Shown here: piece by piece, positions 19,442 through 28,382 of the stretch
How positions within the stretch are numbered: the first letter of the stretch is position 1
Layout: each line of letters starts with the position of its first letter
Source: a virus
Strand: one strand, 5' to 3'
Virus record (IMG/VR): IMGVR_UViG_3300032331_002448
Span: 1-64,000 of that record
DNA length: 64,000 nucleotides
Made by a program: the position numbers and the translations under genes
The notes under the pieces: generated by a model
Databases searched by the model: none
What the model was told of the DNA's origin: nothing
Seen by the model: the letters and a program-made list of their open reading frames with translations, nothing else

Positions 19442-20227
19442 TCAATAGTATCCGCCTTGCATGTTGACGTAAAATCCGTTTGTAAGAGCTGTGCTACCGC
19501 CTACAGACACGTACAATGCGGAACCATTGCCGATTAATAATCCACGTGTCTTAGGTGCTACGGTGCTGTTAGCACTGGTAAAGTTTGAACCAGAATGTAC
19601 GACAGGTTGATTAATTAAAGGGAGAATTGAATTAAGAGTTAAGCTATAGTTTTGTGACGCAGAAACGCTGGGAATACTAACAGTAAATAAAGGCAAGAAC
19701 TGCGAAATGCTAGTGATGCTGCTGGTATTGACCAGATAAAAACAAAAATCTGTAGGCAGATAAATGTTTACGTTACCTGTAATTGGACCAGAAACAGAAG
19801 GAATTGTACAAGTAAATGTAGTAGCTGTAACAGCCGTTACTGAAAGAGAGTCATCAGCAGGAGCAGAGCCGGAGCTATAGCTAGTAAAGTCAAGATAGAT
19901 CTGTTGCCCAACTTGAACATTGTGGCCAGCATAAGTAACGGTGACACTGGTGCTGTTAGCAGAATACGTACCAGTTACTGCAGCCGTAGGAGCAAAATAT
20001 TTATTAACTAACTGACTGTACTGAAACCAGATTTCATCAATATAAGCACCACTAATTGAGTTGTCAGTACCAGCAGTATTAACGTCAATAATTTTTGTGC
20101 TGTTACCAGTAGCCGTCGGGATAAGGCTGGTAGTAAATGCTTGCCCAGATGCTGTTGTCACCAGAGTGCTGGTAAGCAACGGGCGATCCAGCATCATTGG
20201 CTGGCGGTTAACAGCTGTAGAACTCAA
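19442..20227 (-). CDS. Virion structural protein
   Basis: One beta repeat like its neighbour; TTG start after GGAG. Confidence 0.7.
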   Translation of the reverse strand: MSSTAVNRQPMMLDRPLLTSTLVTTASGQAFTTSLIPTATGNSTKIIDVNTAGTDNSISGAYIDEIWFQYSQLVNKYFAPTAAVTGTYSANSTSVTVTYAGHNVQVGQQIYLDFTSYSSGSAPADDSLSVTAVTATTFTCTIPSVSGPITGNVNIYLPTDFCFYLVNTSSITSISQFLPLFTVSIPSVSASQNYSLTLNSILPLINQPVVHSGSNFTSANSTVAPKTRGLLIGNGSALYVSVGGSTALTNGFYVNMQGGYY

Positions 20228-20265
20228 GGGTATCTCCGATTAATGCTAAAAGTATTGTAGCGCAA

Positions 20266-20442
20266 TCAATTACTAGGTTTTTTATTCTTTTCTTCAAGCT
20301 TGATACGCGCTTTCTTCACAGCTTCTTTCCGTTTTGCTTTATCACCTTCTTTCTTTTCCTCTGGACTAACGCCTTCTTTAGCTCCATTCTTTTCTGCTTT
20401 CTCTTTGAAATGAGCAAGAAGAGCAGGCGGCATTTTAGCCAT
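20266..20442 (-). CDS. Small Lys/Glu-rich protein (not in ORF track)
   Basis: MAKMPPALLAHFKEK..., 58 aa; TAGAAT box upstream. Confidence 0.6.
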   Translation of the reverse strand: MAKMPPALLAHFKEKAEKNGAKEGVSPEEKKEGDKAKRKEAVKKARIKLEEKNKKPSN

Positions 20443-20479
20443 TAGAGAATAACAACAAGTTGTACTTATTCTAAAGCAA

Positions 20480-20665
20480 TCAAATCAATCTTTGCTCAGC
20501 AAAACCGTGTGTCATCATGCCAGGAACATGTACTAATTTATCAGAACCATTGGCAGATAAATTCAAAGGATTCCTATGGTGCATAACAATTCCTTTATGC
20601 GCAGCCTGGTGTTCTTTAAGGGTCTGGCCTGCCATTCTAGTTTTAGATGGAACAAACTCAGTCAT
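20480..20665 (-). CDS. Hypothetical protein
   Basis: 61 aa ORF within operon. Confidence 0.55.
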   Translation of the reverse strand: MTEFVPSKTRMAGQTLKEHQAAHKGIVMHHRNPLNLSANGSDKLVHVPGMMTHGFAEQRLI

Positions 20666-20691
20666 GTCTATTCAACAATTTGAATAAAGTT

Positions 20692-21087
20692 TTATCCTTG
20701 CTTCCAGGTACCGCCGCGACCCTGTGCAACATTTTTAGTTGTAACTGCTGCAGGTTTAGCGGCAGCTGGCGCAGGAGTAGTAACAGCGGTTGGTGCAGCA
20801 GCAGGAGTTGATGTTGGCATATCAACAGCTTCAGGAATTTGGACAGCATAAGCACCTTGTTGAGTATAACGGTTAGGTGCTTTTTGTGCTGAAAAAGTGC
20901 CTGGAGTTTGGCCACCAAAAATAGTTCCAGCCATGCGATTAACTGTTTCTGGATTGCTAAAGTCCGCAGAACTAATGGCAGCAGAAATAAGATCTTTATT
21001 TGATCCTGAGGTAGGAACTGCTCCTGCAATGTTAAGAAGAGCTTTTGCTGTTGGAACGTCTGATAGTTTCTTGCTACTTTTTCCCAT
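20692..21087 (-). CDS. Ala/Pro/Thr-rich protein, paralog of 21135..21476
   Basis: Ends VTTKNVAQGRGGTWKQG; ATG 21087. Confidence 0.65.
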   Translation of the reverse strand: MGKSSKKLSDVPTAKALLNIAGAVPTSGSNKDLISAAISSADFSNPETVNRMAGTIFGGQTPGTFSAQKAPNRYTQQGAYAVQIPEAVDMPTSTPAAAPTAVTTPAPAAAKPAAVTTKNVAQGRGGTWKQG

Positions 21088-21134
21088 AATAATCAATTAA
21101 ATTGAATTAATTGTTTTGAAGATAATTTAAAGTT

Positions 21135-21476
21135 TTATCCTTGTTTCCAGGTACCGCCGCGACTCCGTGCAACATTTTTAGTTGTAACTGTAGCAGCTTT
21201 AGTAGCAACTGCAGCAGGTTTAGCAGCAACTGTGGTAGGAGCTGCGCCTGCAGTTTGACCTGCCATTGGAGCAGCTGGCTTAGCAGCGGCTGGTGCAGGA
21301 GCAGTAACAGTAGCTGGTTTGGTAATAACAACGTTTGGCGCTGGCGTAGCAGCAGTTGGTGCAGGTTTAGCAGGAGCTGTATCGGGAGTTACACCTATGG
21401 CTTGACCTGCCATTTGAGTGGCTGGTTTAGCAGCAGCTGTAGCAGTTTGACTTATCTTAGAGGGACTAGCACCCAT
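21135..21476 (-). CDS. Ala/Pro/Thr-rich protein, paralog of 20692..21087
   Basis: Ends VTTKNVARSRGGTWKQG. Confidence 0.65.
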   Translation of the reverse strand: MGASPSKISQTATAAAKPATQMAGQAIGVTPDTAPAKPAPTAATPAPNVVITKPATVTAPAPAAAKPAAPMAGQTAGAAPTTVAAKPAAVATKAATVTTKNVARSRGGTWKQG

Positions 21477-21514
21477 AATCTTATATCAATCTTTATTCAG
21501 TATAACAGGGCAAA

Positions 21515-22183
21515 TTAAACGTACTGAATGGGTTTAGATGCTGCAGCAATAGCAGTATTTAAATAGCTTTGAGCGTTAACGGGAGAACTTAAGAGTCTTT
21601 GTACCATGTCAGCAGCTCCTGTTGGTTCTTCTTCTGGTTGCAGTTGCTTGGTTAATTGAGAAATCAATTCATTGTTCTTTTGTAAGTACGCTTTTAATTG
21701 CTCTTTGCCAGGATCTTCTGTTGTTTCTTGTGTTGTTTGTGGTTGTTGTAATTGTTCAGCACCAGGGATTGTTGCCATTAACTTTCCTTCAGGCGTTTTC
21801 CATCGGCCTGTCGCACCCCATTCAATTTGTGCAGGAGTAAAAGTTGCTTTTTTTGGATCTCCAATGGCAATGTGAACATGCTCAGAATGACCGGGATCCC
21901 CTGGGCCTAAAACTTCTGTTAATCCTGGAACAGTTTTTGCCAACTGTTTAAATCGCCAACTTAATTCACCTGTACGTGTTTTCCAATCTTTAGCAGGACC
22001 ACCTTCATAGGCTGGAGCAATGTCTGGGCGCCAATCAGTAACGTCTATGGCATTGCCAGAATAATGATGAGAACCTGGCGCATGAGTACCTACCCTGCCA
22101 GAACCAAAAGCAGGATTTTCGCCAACTTTTAAACCGTATTTTTGAAATGCTCGCCCTAAATCAACAACACTTATTCCGGCCAT
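21515..22183 (-). CDS. Virion-associated M15/LAS-like metallopeptidase with Gln-rich tail
   Basis: H..GS.HY.GNAIDV and HSEHVHI Zn motifs. Confidence 0.65.
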   Translation of the reverse strand: MAGISVVDLGRAFQKYGLKVGENPAFGSGRVGTHAPGSHHYSGNAIDVTDWRPDIAPAYEGGPAKDWKTRTGELSWRFKQLAKTVPGLTEVLGPGDPGHSEHVHIAIGDPKKATFTPAQIEWGATGRWKTPEGKLMATIPGAEQLQQPQTTQETTEDPGKEQLKAYLQKNNELISQLTKQLQPEEEPTGAADMVQRLLSSPVNAQSYLNTAIAAASKPIQYV

Positions 22184-22188
22184 TGTTT

Positions 22189-22857
22189 TTAAACGTAAGA
22201 GTAAGATGATTGCAACATTTGATTTGCAACGTCTTGAGGATTAACTGGTTTAGGAATAGGAATATTACTTAAACCATAAGGGTCATTATTTTGAGTAGAA
22301 CTTTCTTTTCTTGATCTAACAAGTGCTTCTAAAAGTTCATTTTGCTTGCCAAGATGTTCTGTAAATGTTGCAAGAAATTCGTTGCTTGTTGGTGTTGTTT
22401 GTTGTTGTTGTTTTGGTTGACCTAATTGAGCTGCGCCTTGTGCTTGTTGAGCAAAGTTAATTGGCCCAAGAATGTTTTGAACATACTTATTTGTTTCCGC
22501 GTATTTTCTACTTGCTTCTACAGCGCCAGGGCCAGCGTTGTATGCACGCAAAGCGTTTTCATAAGCATTGCGAATTTTCTCGGGATCTGAATTATTAAAC
22601 CCTCCAAAGGTACGCACATATCCTGCCATGTTTTTTGCGGCAGCATCTAATGCAGCTGCAGGATCATCAGGATTTACGCCCCAACCTTTAGCAGTTCCTG
22701 GCATAATTTGTGCAATGCCACGAGCACCTGCAGGCGAAATTGCGTTAGGGTTAAACCCTGACTCCATTTTAATTTGACGTGTAAACACGTCAGGAAATAA
22801 TCCATACTTTTGCGCTGCGCTTCTTGCAACACTTGGCCAATCTGTTTGCCTTGACAT
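22189..22857 (-). CDS. Virion-associated lytic transglycosylase (SLT)
   Basis: MESGFNPNAISPAGARGIAQIMPGTA, AYNAGPG, ET.KYV; ATG 22857. Confidence 0.9.
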   Translation of the reverse strand: MSRQTDWPSVARSAAQKYGLFPDVFTRQIKMESGFNPNAISPAGARGIAQIMPGTAKGWGVNPDDPAAALDAAAKNMAGYVRTFGGFNNSDPEKIRNAYENALRAYNAGPGAVEASRKYAETNKYVQNILGPINFAQQAQGAAQLGQPKQQQQTTPTSNEFLATFTEHLGKQNELLEALVRSRKESSTQNNDPYGLSNIPIPKPVNPQDVANQMLQSSYSYV

Positions 22858-22867
22858 TATTTTTACC

Positions 22868-23347
22868 TCACCTAAAATCTTCCATAAACTTAATCCTGGT
22901 GCCAATAGAAACATCAGCAGGGCCAGGTAAAGCTTGAATAAATTCTGAACCTTCTCGGTTGAATCTATAACGTGCTTGCTCTGGATTCCTATAGTTAGGA
23001 ACGTATAAGTGCAATGCAAGTCGATCGGTTTCGTACAGATAAATCTGTGTCCAAGTTTTTAACGTATCTTTAAAGTCAGTGGTGCTAACTGTACGAACAA
23101 CGTCACCAGCAATATTCTCTAAACGTCCTTTTGGAACTTCTGAATTATTAACACTGCCCGTCATGTCAGTGCGCTTTTCAGCTTCATCACACCGACCAAT
23201 CTGTTCAATGATTTTGCTGTACCAAAAAGAGTCTTGAATATTGTTAATTGCTTCTTCTAAACGTGCTTGGTCACCAGCTGGCACCGAGGTTAAGTTATAA
23301 CCAAGGTGCCAACGAACTTTAGATTGATTGAATGTATCTAGTTTCAT
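22868..23347 (-). CDS. Putative head-tail adaptor/neck protein
   Basis: VRWHLGY N-terminus; located after the capsid genes. Confidence 0.5.
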   Translation of the reverse strand: MKLDTFNQSKVRWHLGYNLTSVPAGDQARLEEAINNIQDSFWYSKIIEQIGRCDEAEKRTDMTGSVNNSEVPKGRLENIAGDVVRTVSTTDFKDTLKTWTQIYLYETDRLALHLYVPNYRNPEQARYRFNREGSEFIQALPGPADVSIGTRIKFMEDFR

Positions 23348-23365
23348 TGCATAAATTTATTGCAC

Positions 23366-23806
23366 TTATTCGACTCTTACGAGATTTTCTGCAATAATTT
23401 CATCCCAGTCAACACGTTTAATTGACTTGAGCTGATCCAACCGCAGAAACTTCTCGCCAGGCATCGAAGTTTGCAGATCTTTAATGTCTCTAGCTGTCTT
23501 TAATCCTACTCCAGGTAATGCGTCAGCAATCTGCCTGGCACTTGCCGTATTGATATTCAATCGAACATCAACAGGGAACGTTTCTTTATTTGACGGTTCT
23601 GGAGGAGTAACGCCATCTTGCTTCAAGACTTCACGCAAGCGCTCCTTTGTCCGTTCTTTTTCATTGGTTGCGGAAAGATGCGGGACGAGGTTATCTTTTT
23701 CAAGATAATGAACCTCATCCTGCGCATCCACACACATTACAATTCCTTCGCCGTAATCAGCAAGGACTTCGACTAATCCGCCAGTCAGTTTGTATTGATA
23801 GAGCAT
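23366..23806 (-). CDS. Helix-hairpin-helix (ComEA-like) protein
   Basis: LNINTAS..I..ALPGVG.KTA..I. Confidence 0.8.
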   Translation of the reverse strand: MLYQYKLTGGLVEVLADYGEGIVMCVDAQDEVHYLEKDNLVPHLSATNEKERTKERLREVLKQDGVTPPEPSNKETFPVDVRLNINTASARQIADALPGVGLKTARDIKDLQTSMPGEKFLRLDQLKSIKRVDWDEIIAENLVRVE

Positions 23807-23852
23807 TTAAAGGTTAATTGCACTATCAATACATTAACTGACTCAACTTACA

Positions 23853-24713
23853 TCAGCCGTTAACGCCAGGGCCATCGCCACCACCAATCTGGGACGGGAA
23901 GTCGATGAAGCCTTGGATCTCACGCCAGCCAGCAGCGCTAGCAGCACGGAGATAGTTAATACGGCAAACAATGTAACCGGTCTTACCGTTGGCAACGTCA
24001 GTAGCACTGATGTCCACACCAGAACCGTTAGCAGTTGTAGCAGCAGCGGTAAGCACGCTGTACACACCAAAGGTTGTAGCACTGGTCACTTTGTAGAACA
24101 TCGAGCTGTAGAAGTCAGCAGCAACGATACCAGCAGAAGTAACAGAGTTAGCAAAAGGCAGAGAGCCAGCAGTAGCGTTACCGTTGGACAGAGCAGAAGT
24201 ACCTTGAGCAAAGGCATTGCTAGCAGCCGTCAGGTAAGCAACAGCGTTGCCAATACCAAGAGCTTTGTTAGCGGTAGTAACGCCAGCGGGGACACCGCCG
24301 TTGTCAGGACCAAACAGAAGCAGATCGCTGGTAGTACCAACAAGATCAGCAGTCACAGGCACGCCTGGGAAACCAGGCAGAGCACCAGTGCCATAACCAA
24401 CGCCAGAAGGGATGTCCTGGGCAATGGCAATAGAAGCACCGTAAATGAACGAAGGTTGGGCGCTTGAAGCCGGAACAACCATAGAAGTCAGGTTGTCACG
24501 AACACGATCATCAACGCGACGGTCAGGGGAGGGAACCGTGATGTTGGTGAAAGTCTTAATCAAAGTTGAGGTAGTGATGGGCACATAACCAACAACTTCG
24601 TAAGCTTCAACGCCAGGCCAACCAAAAACACCTTCTTGGTTGTAACCGGAAAGACGATTGATTTGGTCGCCGGGATAAAGAACGGCACCACCACCAGTTT
24701 TGTAAGTAGCCAT
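23853..24713 (-). CDS. Abundant virion protein (minor capsid or tail)
   Basis: Strong GGAGGT RBS directly after the major capsid gene; similar codon bias. Confidence 0.65.
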   Translation of the reverse strand: MATYKTGGGAVLYPGDQINRLSGYNQEGVFGWPGVEAYEVVGYVPITTSTLIKTFTNITVPSPDRRVDDRVRDNLTSMVVPASSAQPSFIYGASIAIAQDIPSGVGYGTGALPGFPGVPVTADLVGTTSDLLLFGPDNGGVPAGVTTANKALGIGNAVAYLTAASNAFAQGTSALSNGNATAGSLPFANSVTSAGIVAADFYSSMFYKVTSATTFGVYSVLTAAATTANGSGVDISATDVANGKTGYIVCRINYLRAASAAGWREIQGFIDFPSQIGGGDGPGVNG

Positions 24714-24730
24714 GATTTAGTTACCTCCTA

Positions 24731-25870
24731 TCAAACAATGGTGAATGCAACGGTGCAGAAGTCCTTGTTCAGGTTCGCAAAACCAGCGTACAGCTGCCAG
24801 ATCAGAATGATAAAGCGGCTGAAGTCGTCGTTGTTGTTAATGAGAACTTGAGCGTTAGGACCACCGATACCAATACCAACAGCCTGAGGACCGAAGAACA
24901 GACCAGGAGGAGTTGTATGGCTGATAGAACCGCCACCATCACCAATGTCAACAGTAGCGGTGAGATTGGTAAAGTTGGTTGACTCGAAGAAACGCACACC
25001 TTCAAACACAAAGCCGGAAGGCATGATGGGCTCGCCGCCCACAAATTGAGCTTGGCCGTACTGACCACCACCATAGATGGCTTGGTTCGGACCCATGGCG
25101 CCCATCATTGGATTGCCAGCGCCCATGCCAGGATAACGGGCAACTTCACGGAAGCCTTGGTCAGCACGCAGATCCTTCATAAAGGAGGGATCAGCAATAC
25201 AGCGGTAGTAACCATCTTGGAAGACGGGAACGTTACGCTTACGCAGACCTTTGACCACTTCCAGAAGGTCACTCTTCACGTTAAACTTATAACGCTCAGA
25301 GGCATACTCAGTAGCGGTATAGGTGCTAACCGTACCACTGGTATTGGTGTGGTTGTTCGGGTAGTAGTAACCACCTTGGGTGTCGGAGGCTTGACCACGG
25401 GAGAAGGACTTGTACAGCTCATCGAGCAGCACACGGTCACGCCAGCGGCGGTAGTCATCAAGCAGAGTCAGCGAACCGATGGACTGGTGGAACATGTTGA
25501 GGTTCCCCGTGTCCAGCAGCAGACGCTGAGCAGTCATCAGCGTTTCCCGAGCAATTTTGAAGGTGCTGGGAGCGTTGGAGTTGTTCGGGTCAGCAGGGCC
25601 GGTGTACTCACGCAGAGACACAAGCACTTTATCTTTAACAATCGAACGGCTGTTAGCAGTACCGATTGTTTGATCTTGCGTCCGCTCACGGCTCGCCTTC
25701 GTGCCAGGGTTACCCCAGAAACGATAGCGGTCTAACTGAACGGTCTGACCGGGTTGTTTGGTGAAGTCGTGAACGACCACTGGCTCAGCGGCCATTTCCA
25801 CGATATAAGCTGGATGGGGGCGGTACAGTTCCGCACCCAACAGCTTCGGGAAATCATTATCAATGAACAT
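24731..25870 (-). CDS. Major capsid protein
   Basis: 379 aa; FPKLLGAELYRP, DFTKQPGQTVQL, GFVFEGVRFFEST, N.DDFSR...IW. Confidence 0.85.
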   Translation of the reverse strand: MFIDNDFPKLLGAELYRPHPAYIVEMAAEPVVVHDFTKQPGQTVQLDRYRFWGNPGTKASRERTQDQTIGTANSRSIVKDKVLVSLREYTGPADPNNSNAPSTFKIARETLMTAQRLLLDTGNLNMFHQSIGSLTLLDDYRRWRDRVLLDELYKSFSRGQASDTQGGYYYPNNHTNTSGTVSTYTATEYASERYKFNVKSDLLEVVKGLRKRNVPVFQDGYYRCIADPSFMKDLRADQGFREVARYPGMGAGNPMMGAMGPNQAIYGGGQYGQAQFVGGEPIMPSGFVFEGVRFFESTNFTNLTATVDIGDGGGSISHTTPPGLFFGPQAVGIGIGGPNAQVLINNNDDFSRFIILIWQLYAGFANLNKDFCTVAFTIV

Positions 25871-25965
25871 GTTGGTTATTCAGCGTAAGGGTTAGCTGAT
25901 ACCAGGAAGAAGCTCCTGGATTGACCACAACTAACTGTGATCAAAAACCTGGAACTTCAGTCCCA
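25871..25965 (-). promoter_or_regulatory. Structured 5' leader of the major capsid gene
   Basis: Four consecutive hairpins between a TATAAT box (25975-25980) and the ATG. Confidence 0.5.
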
Positions 25966-26016
25966 TTAAATAAAATTATAGCAAGCACTTACTTACCTGA
26001 ATTAATAACAGTGGTA

Positions 26017-26277
26017 TCAGAACCCACCAATTACATTTCCAGGATTGTAGTAGTTGGGATTTACTGGTCCCATGCGATGGTATGGATTGTACATGCCATC
26101 AGCAGGTTGTAAATCAGATCGCTCACCTAAACCAATGCCAGCAACTTCAGGCATTAAACCTGCAGCACCCATTCCCATTTGCCCTTGCATTAATGCCTGA
26201 GCCATTGCAGATTGTTGCTTTGCTTCAGTAACTCGTTTAGCTTTTTTCTTTGCAGCTTTTGCTTTATTGGTGTCCAT
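26017..26277 (-). CDS. Hypothetical low-complexity protein
   Basis: Lys/Ala then Met/Gly rich. Confidence 0.6.
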   Translation of the reverse strand: MDTNKAKAAKKKAKRVTEAKQQSAMAQALMQGQMGMGAAGLMPEVAGIGLGERSDLQPADGMYNPYHRMGPVNPNYYNPGNVIGGF

Positions 26278-26768
26278 CAACCCCTCCTGTACATTGCAGC
26301 TTGTTGTGCCATTTGATCAGCTTGCGTCATTGGCAGGTTGCCACGAGGAATCATCATGCCAGACATCATCTGTTGTTCGTTTGCCATAATTGCATCTTGA
26401 ACAATTTGAGCACGGCGTGTTGAGTTAGCTGCAAGCATTCCCATTGGTCCCAAAGGAGAACCTGGCTGATTTAAATGCAAATAACCAGCTTGTAAATCAT
26501 CTGCTAATGGAGAACCTTGTCCCATCACAGGAACAGCACCAGCAGGGCCAGGCATTGCTGTAGATGCAGATACAGTATTAATGCCGCCTAATGCTGGCCC
26601 AGACATCCGTTGCATAGCTGGATTATGCGGAAGGTTAGCGGCAGCAACAGTTTGAGCAGCACCAGAAGACAATGAATGGCCAAGAGCACCTAAGATCCCA
26701 GAGGACGTTGGCCCTTGAATGAAAGAACTAATGCGGTCCCTGATTGGTTGTTTAGAAGCTTGAGTCAT
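26277..26768 (-). CDS. Hypothetical Met/Gln/Ala-rich protein
   Basis: 163 aa ORF within operon. Confidence 0.65.
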   Translation of the reverse strand: MTQASKQPIRDRISSFIQGPTSSGILGALGHSLSSGAAQTVAAANLPHNPAMQRMSGPALGGINTVSASTAMPGPAGAVPVMGQGSPLADDLQAGYLHLNQPGSPLGPMGMLAANSTRRAQIVQDAIMANEQQMMSGMMIPRGNLPMTQADQMAQQAAMYRRG

Positions 26769-26782
26769 TGTTTTAATAATAA

Positions 26783-27247
26783 TCAGTAACGAATCATTTG
26801 CGCTGCAATGTTACTAGCAGCAGCAAAAGCTGGGGACTGCATCATGGCAGCTTGTTGTTCTTGTGCTTGTTTTTTTCTTTGTTGAATTGCTGCATAACCT
26901 AACGCAGCACCTCCACCTGCAAGTGCTAAGCTTCCTGCAAGTCCAAGCCCACCACCAGGGAATCCAGAAACTGCTTGAGCAACATTTTGACCAAACTGAC
27001 TTTGGCCAATATTTTGCGCAGCTCCTGCAATGTTTTGACCAAACTGACTTTGACCGATATTTTGCGCGACCTCTGCAACTTTTTGCCCTGCAGCACTTTG
27101 CTTCATGCTACGAGATTTATTTTTTAAAAAATTCTTTGCTGCATCACGCGCTGACCGTCGTTTACCAATAACTTCTGCAGTGACATCAACTGTCTGACCA
27201 GCAGCCCCTGGACCAGAAGCTCCCATCCATGGATCTGGAATGTTCAT
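26783..27247 (-). CDS. Putative internal virion protein
   Basis: Tandem AQNIGQSQFGQN repeat and Gly/Ala hydrophobic helix. Confidence 0.65.
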   Translation of the reverse strand: MNIPDPWMGASGPGAAGQTVDVTAEVIGKRRSARDAAKNFLKNKSRSMKQSAAGQKVAEVAQNIGQSQFGQNIAGAAQNIGQSQFGQNVAQAVSGFPGGGLGLAGSLALAGGGAALGYAAIQQRKKQAQEQQAAMMQSPAFAAASNIAAQMIRY

Positions 27248-27292
27248 CTTAAATGCTCAATATAGTTATTGTATTTCAGCTAAACCTGTAAT

Positions 27293-27317
27293 AAAAAAGG
27301 GCAGAATAAACTGCCCT
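27293..27317 (-). terminator. Rho-independent terminator
   Basis: AGGGCAG-TTTATT-CTGCCCT-TTTTT on the minus strand. Confidence 0.75.
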
Positions 27318-27359
27318 ACTCGGATTCTTAATAAACGTAGTTTACTTAGATTCTTGATA

Positions 27360-28382
27360 TCATTCCATAACCAGAAGTTTCTGGCGGAACACATCAGGGT
27401 TGCTAGAAGCTTGGTTAAGATAGCGCCAGGCATTAGCAGGATCACGCTCAGCCAGAGCGCCAAAGCTATCCCAGAAAGCAGCAGGATTACCCTGGGCTTG
27501 AGGTTGGGGAGGCACCGGCATTTGAGGACGCTCAAACTGTTGTTGCTCTGGACGAGCAATTGAACGGTAACCAGTGCTCACGCCTTGAGGAGCGTAACCA
27601 ACTTCATCGGGAATCGGATAAGGACCATTCTCACCGAAGAACTGACAGGTGTAATCAGCAAGAATGTCTGGATCCGTCAGGATAGCTTCGTAAGCGCGAT
27701 GCTCATTACCAAGCTCTTGGAGTAAGCTAACGGCCTCAATCAATTGATCGTTGGTAACAATCAGATGATTCTCAAGTTCGCAAGCATAGTTATTGAGGGC
27801 CTGAGGAGCATCAGGGCCAAAATAATCAATAACTTCAAGGCTTGCTGGGCTTACCCCGTTTGCCAGGAGCTGTTCCTGGCTGATTGCCAGTGAAGTTGGG
27901 GAATAGCTGTTGGAGTAACCCTGGTTGCTGCTGATTCCAGGCGTAAAGGTCTGCTGACCCGGATACACGCTGTTGTTGCTGTACGGGGAATACGCCTGGG
28001 AATTGTAATTGGCCGGGGCGATTTGTTCGATCGCTTGTGATTGTTGACCCTGGAACGGGAATTGGACCGGCGAACTCAGGAGTCCCACCACCCGGTTGAA
28101 TGCCTCCTTGTAAGGATTCTCCGATGGCTGCGGGGCTGCTGGTTGGTAAGCCTGGGGATACGACTGAGTAGGGCTGTATTGGGGTTGCTGGACCCCCATC
28201 TGGGCCTGCATTTGCGGGGCTGGGGCCACCGCTGCCTGGTAAGGCGCCACCCATTGCGGCGTTGTAGCCACTGAAGGAGCTTGAGCTGCCGTCTGCTGAG
28301 CTACCGGCGCCGCGTAACTGGTCGGCTGGGTCTGGTAAGACTGGGGTGCCGATTGGATCGGCGCTGCGGTATCTGCCTGCAT
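27360..28382 (-). CDS. Putative scaffolding protein (Gln/Pro-rich)
   Basis: GAGGT RBS; lies between portal and capsid; low-complexity N-half, helical C-half. Confidence 0.6.
   Translation of the reverse strand: MQADTAAPIQSAPQSYQTQPTSYAAPVAQQTAAQAPSVATTPQWVAPYQAAVAPAPQMQAQMGVQQPQYSPTQSYPQAYQPAAPQPSENPYKEAFNRVVGLLSSPVQFPFQGQQSQAIEQIAPANYNSQAYSPYSNNSVYPGQQTFTPGISSNQGYSNSYSPTSLAISQEQLLANGVSPASLEVIDYFGPDAPQALNNYACELENHLIVTNDQLIEAVSLLQELGNEHRAYEAILTDPDILADYTCQFFGENGPYPIPDEVGYAPQGVSTGYRSIARPEQQQFERPQMPVPPQPQAQGNPAAFWDSFGALAERDPANAWRYLNQASSNPDVFRQKLLVME

Noticed and set aside
22858-23019. N-terminal extension of the SLT ORF given in the track
   Set aside because: It overlaps the upstream gene; ATG 22857 with a GAGGT RBS is the better start.
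23913-25735. Long plus-strand ORFs opposite the capsid genes
   Set aside because: Antisense shadows caused by strong codon bias.
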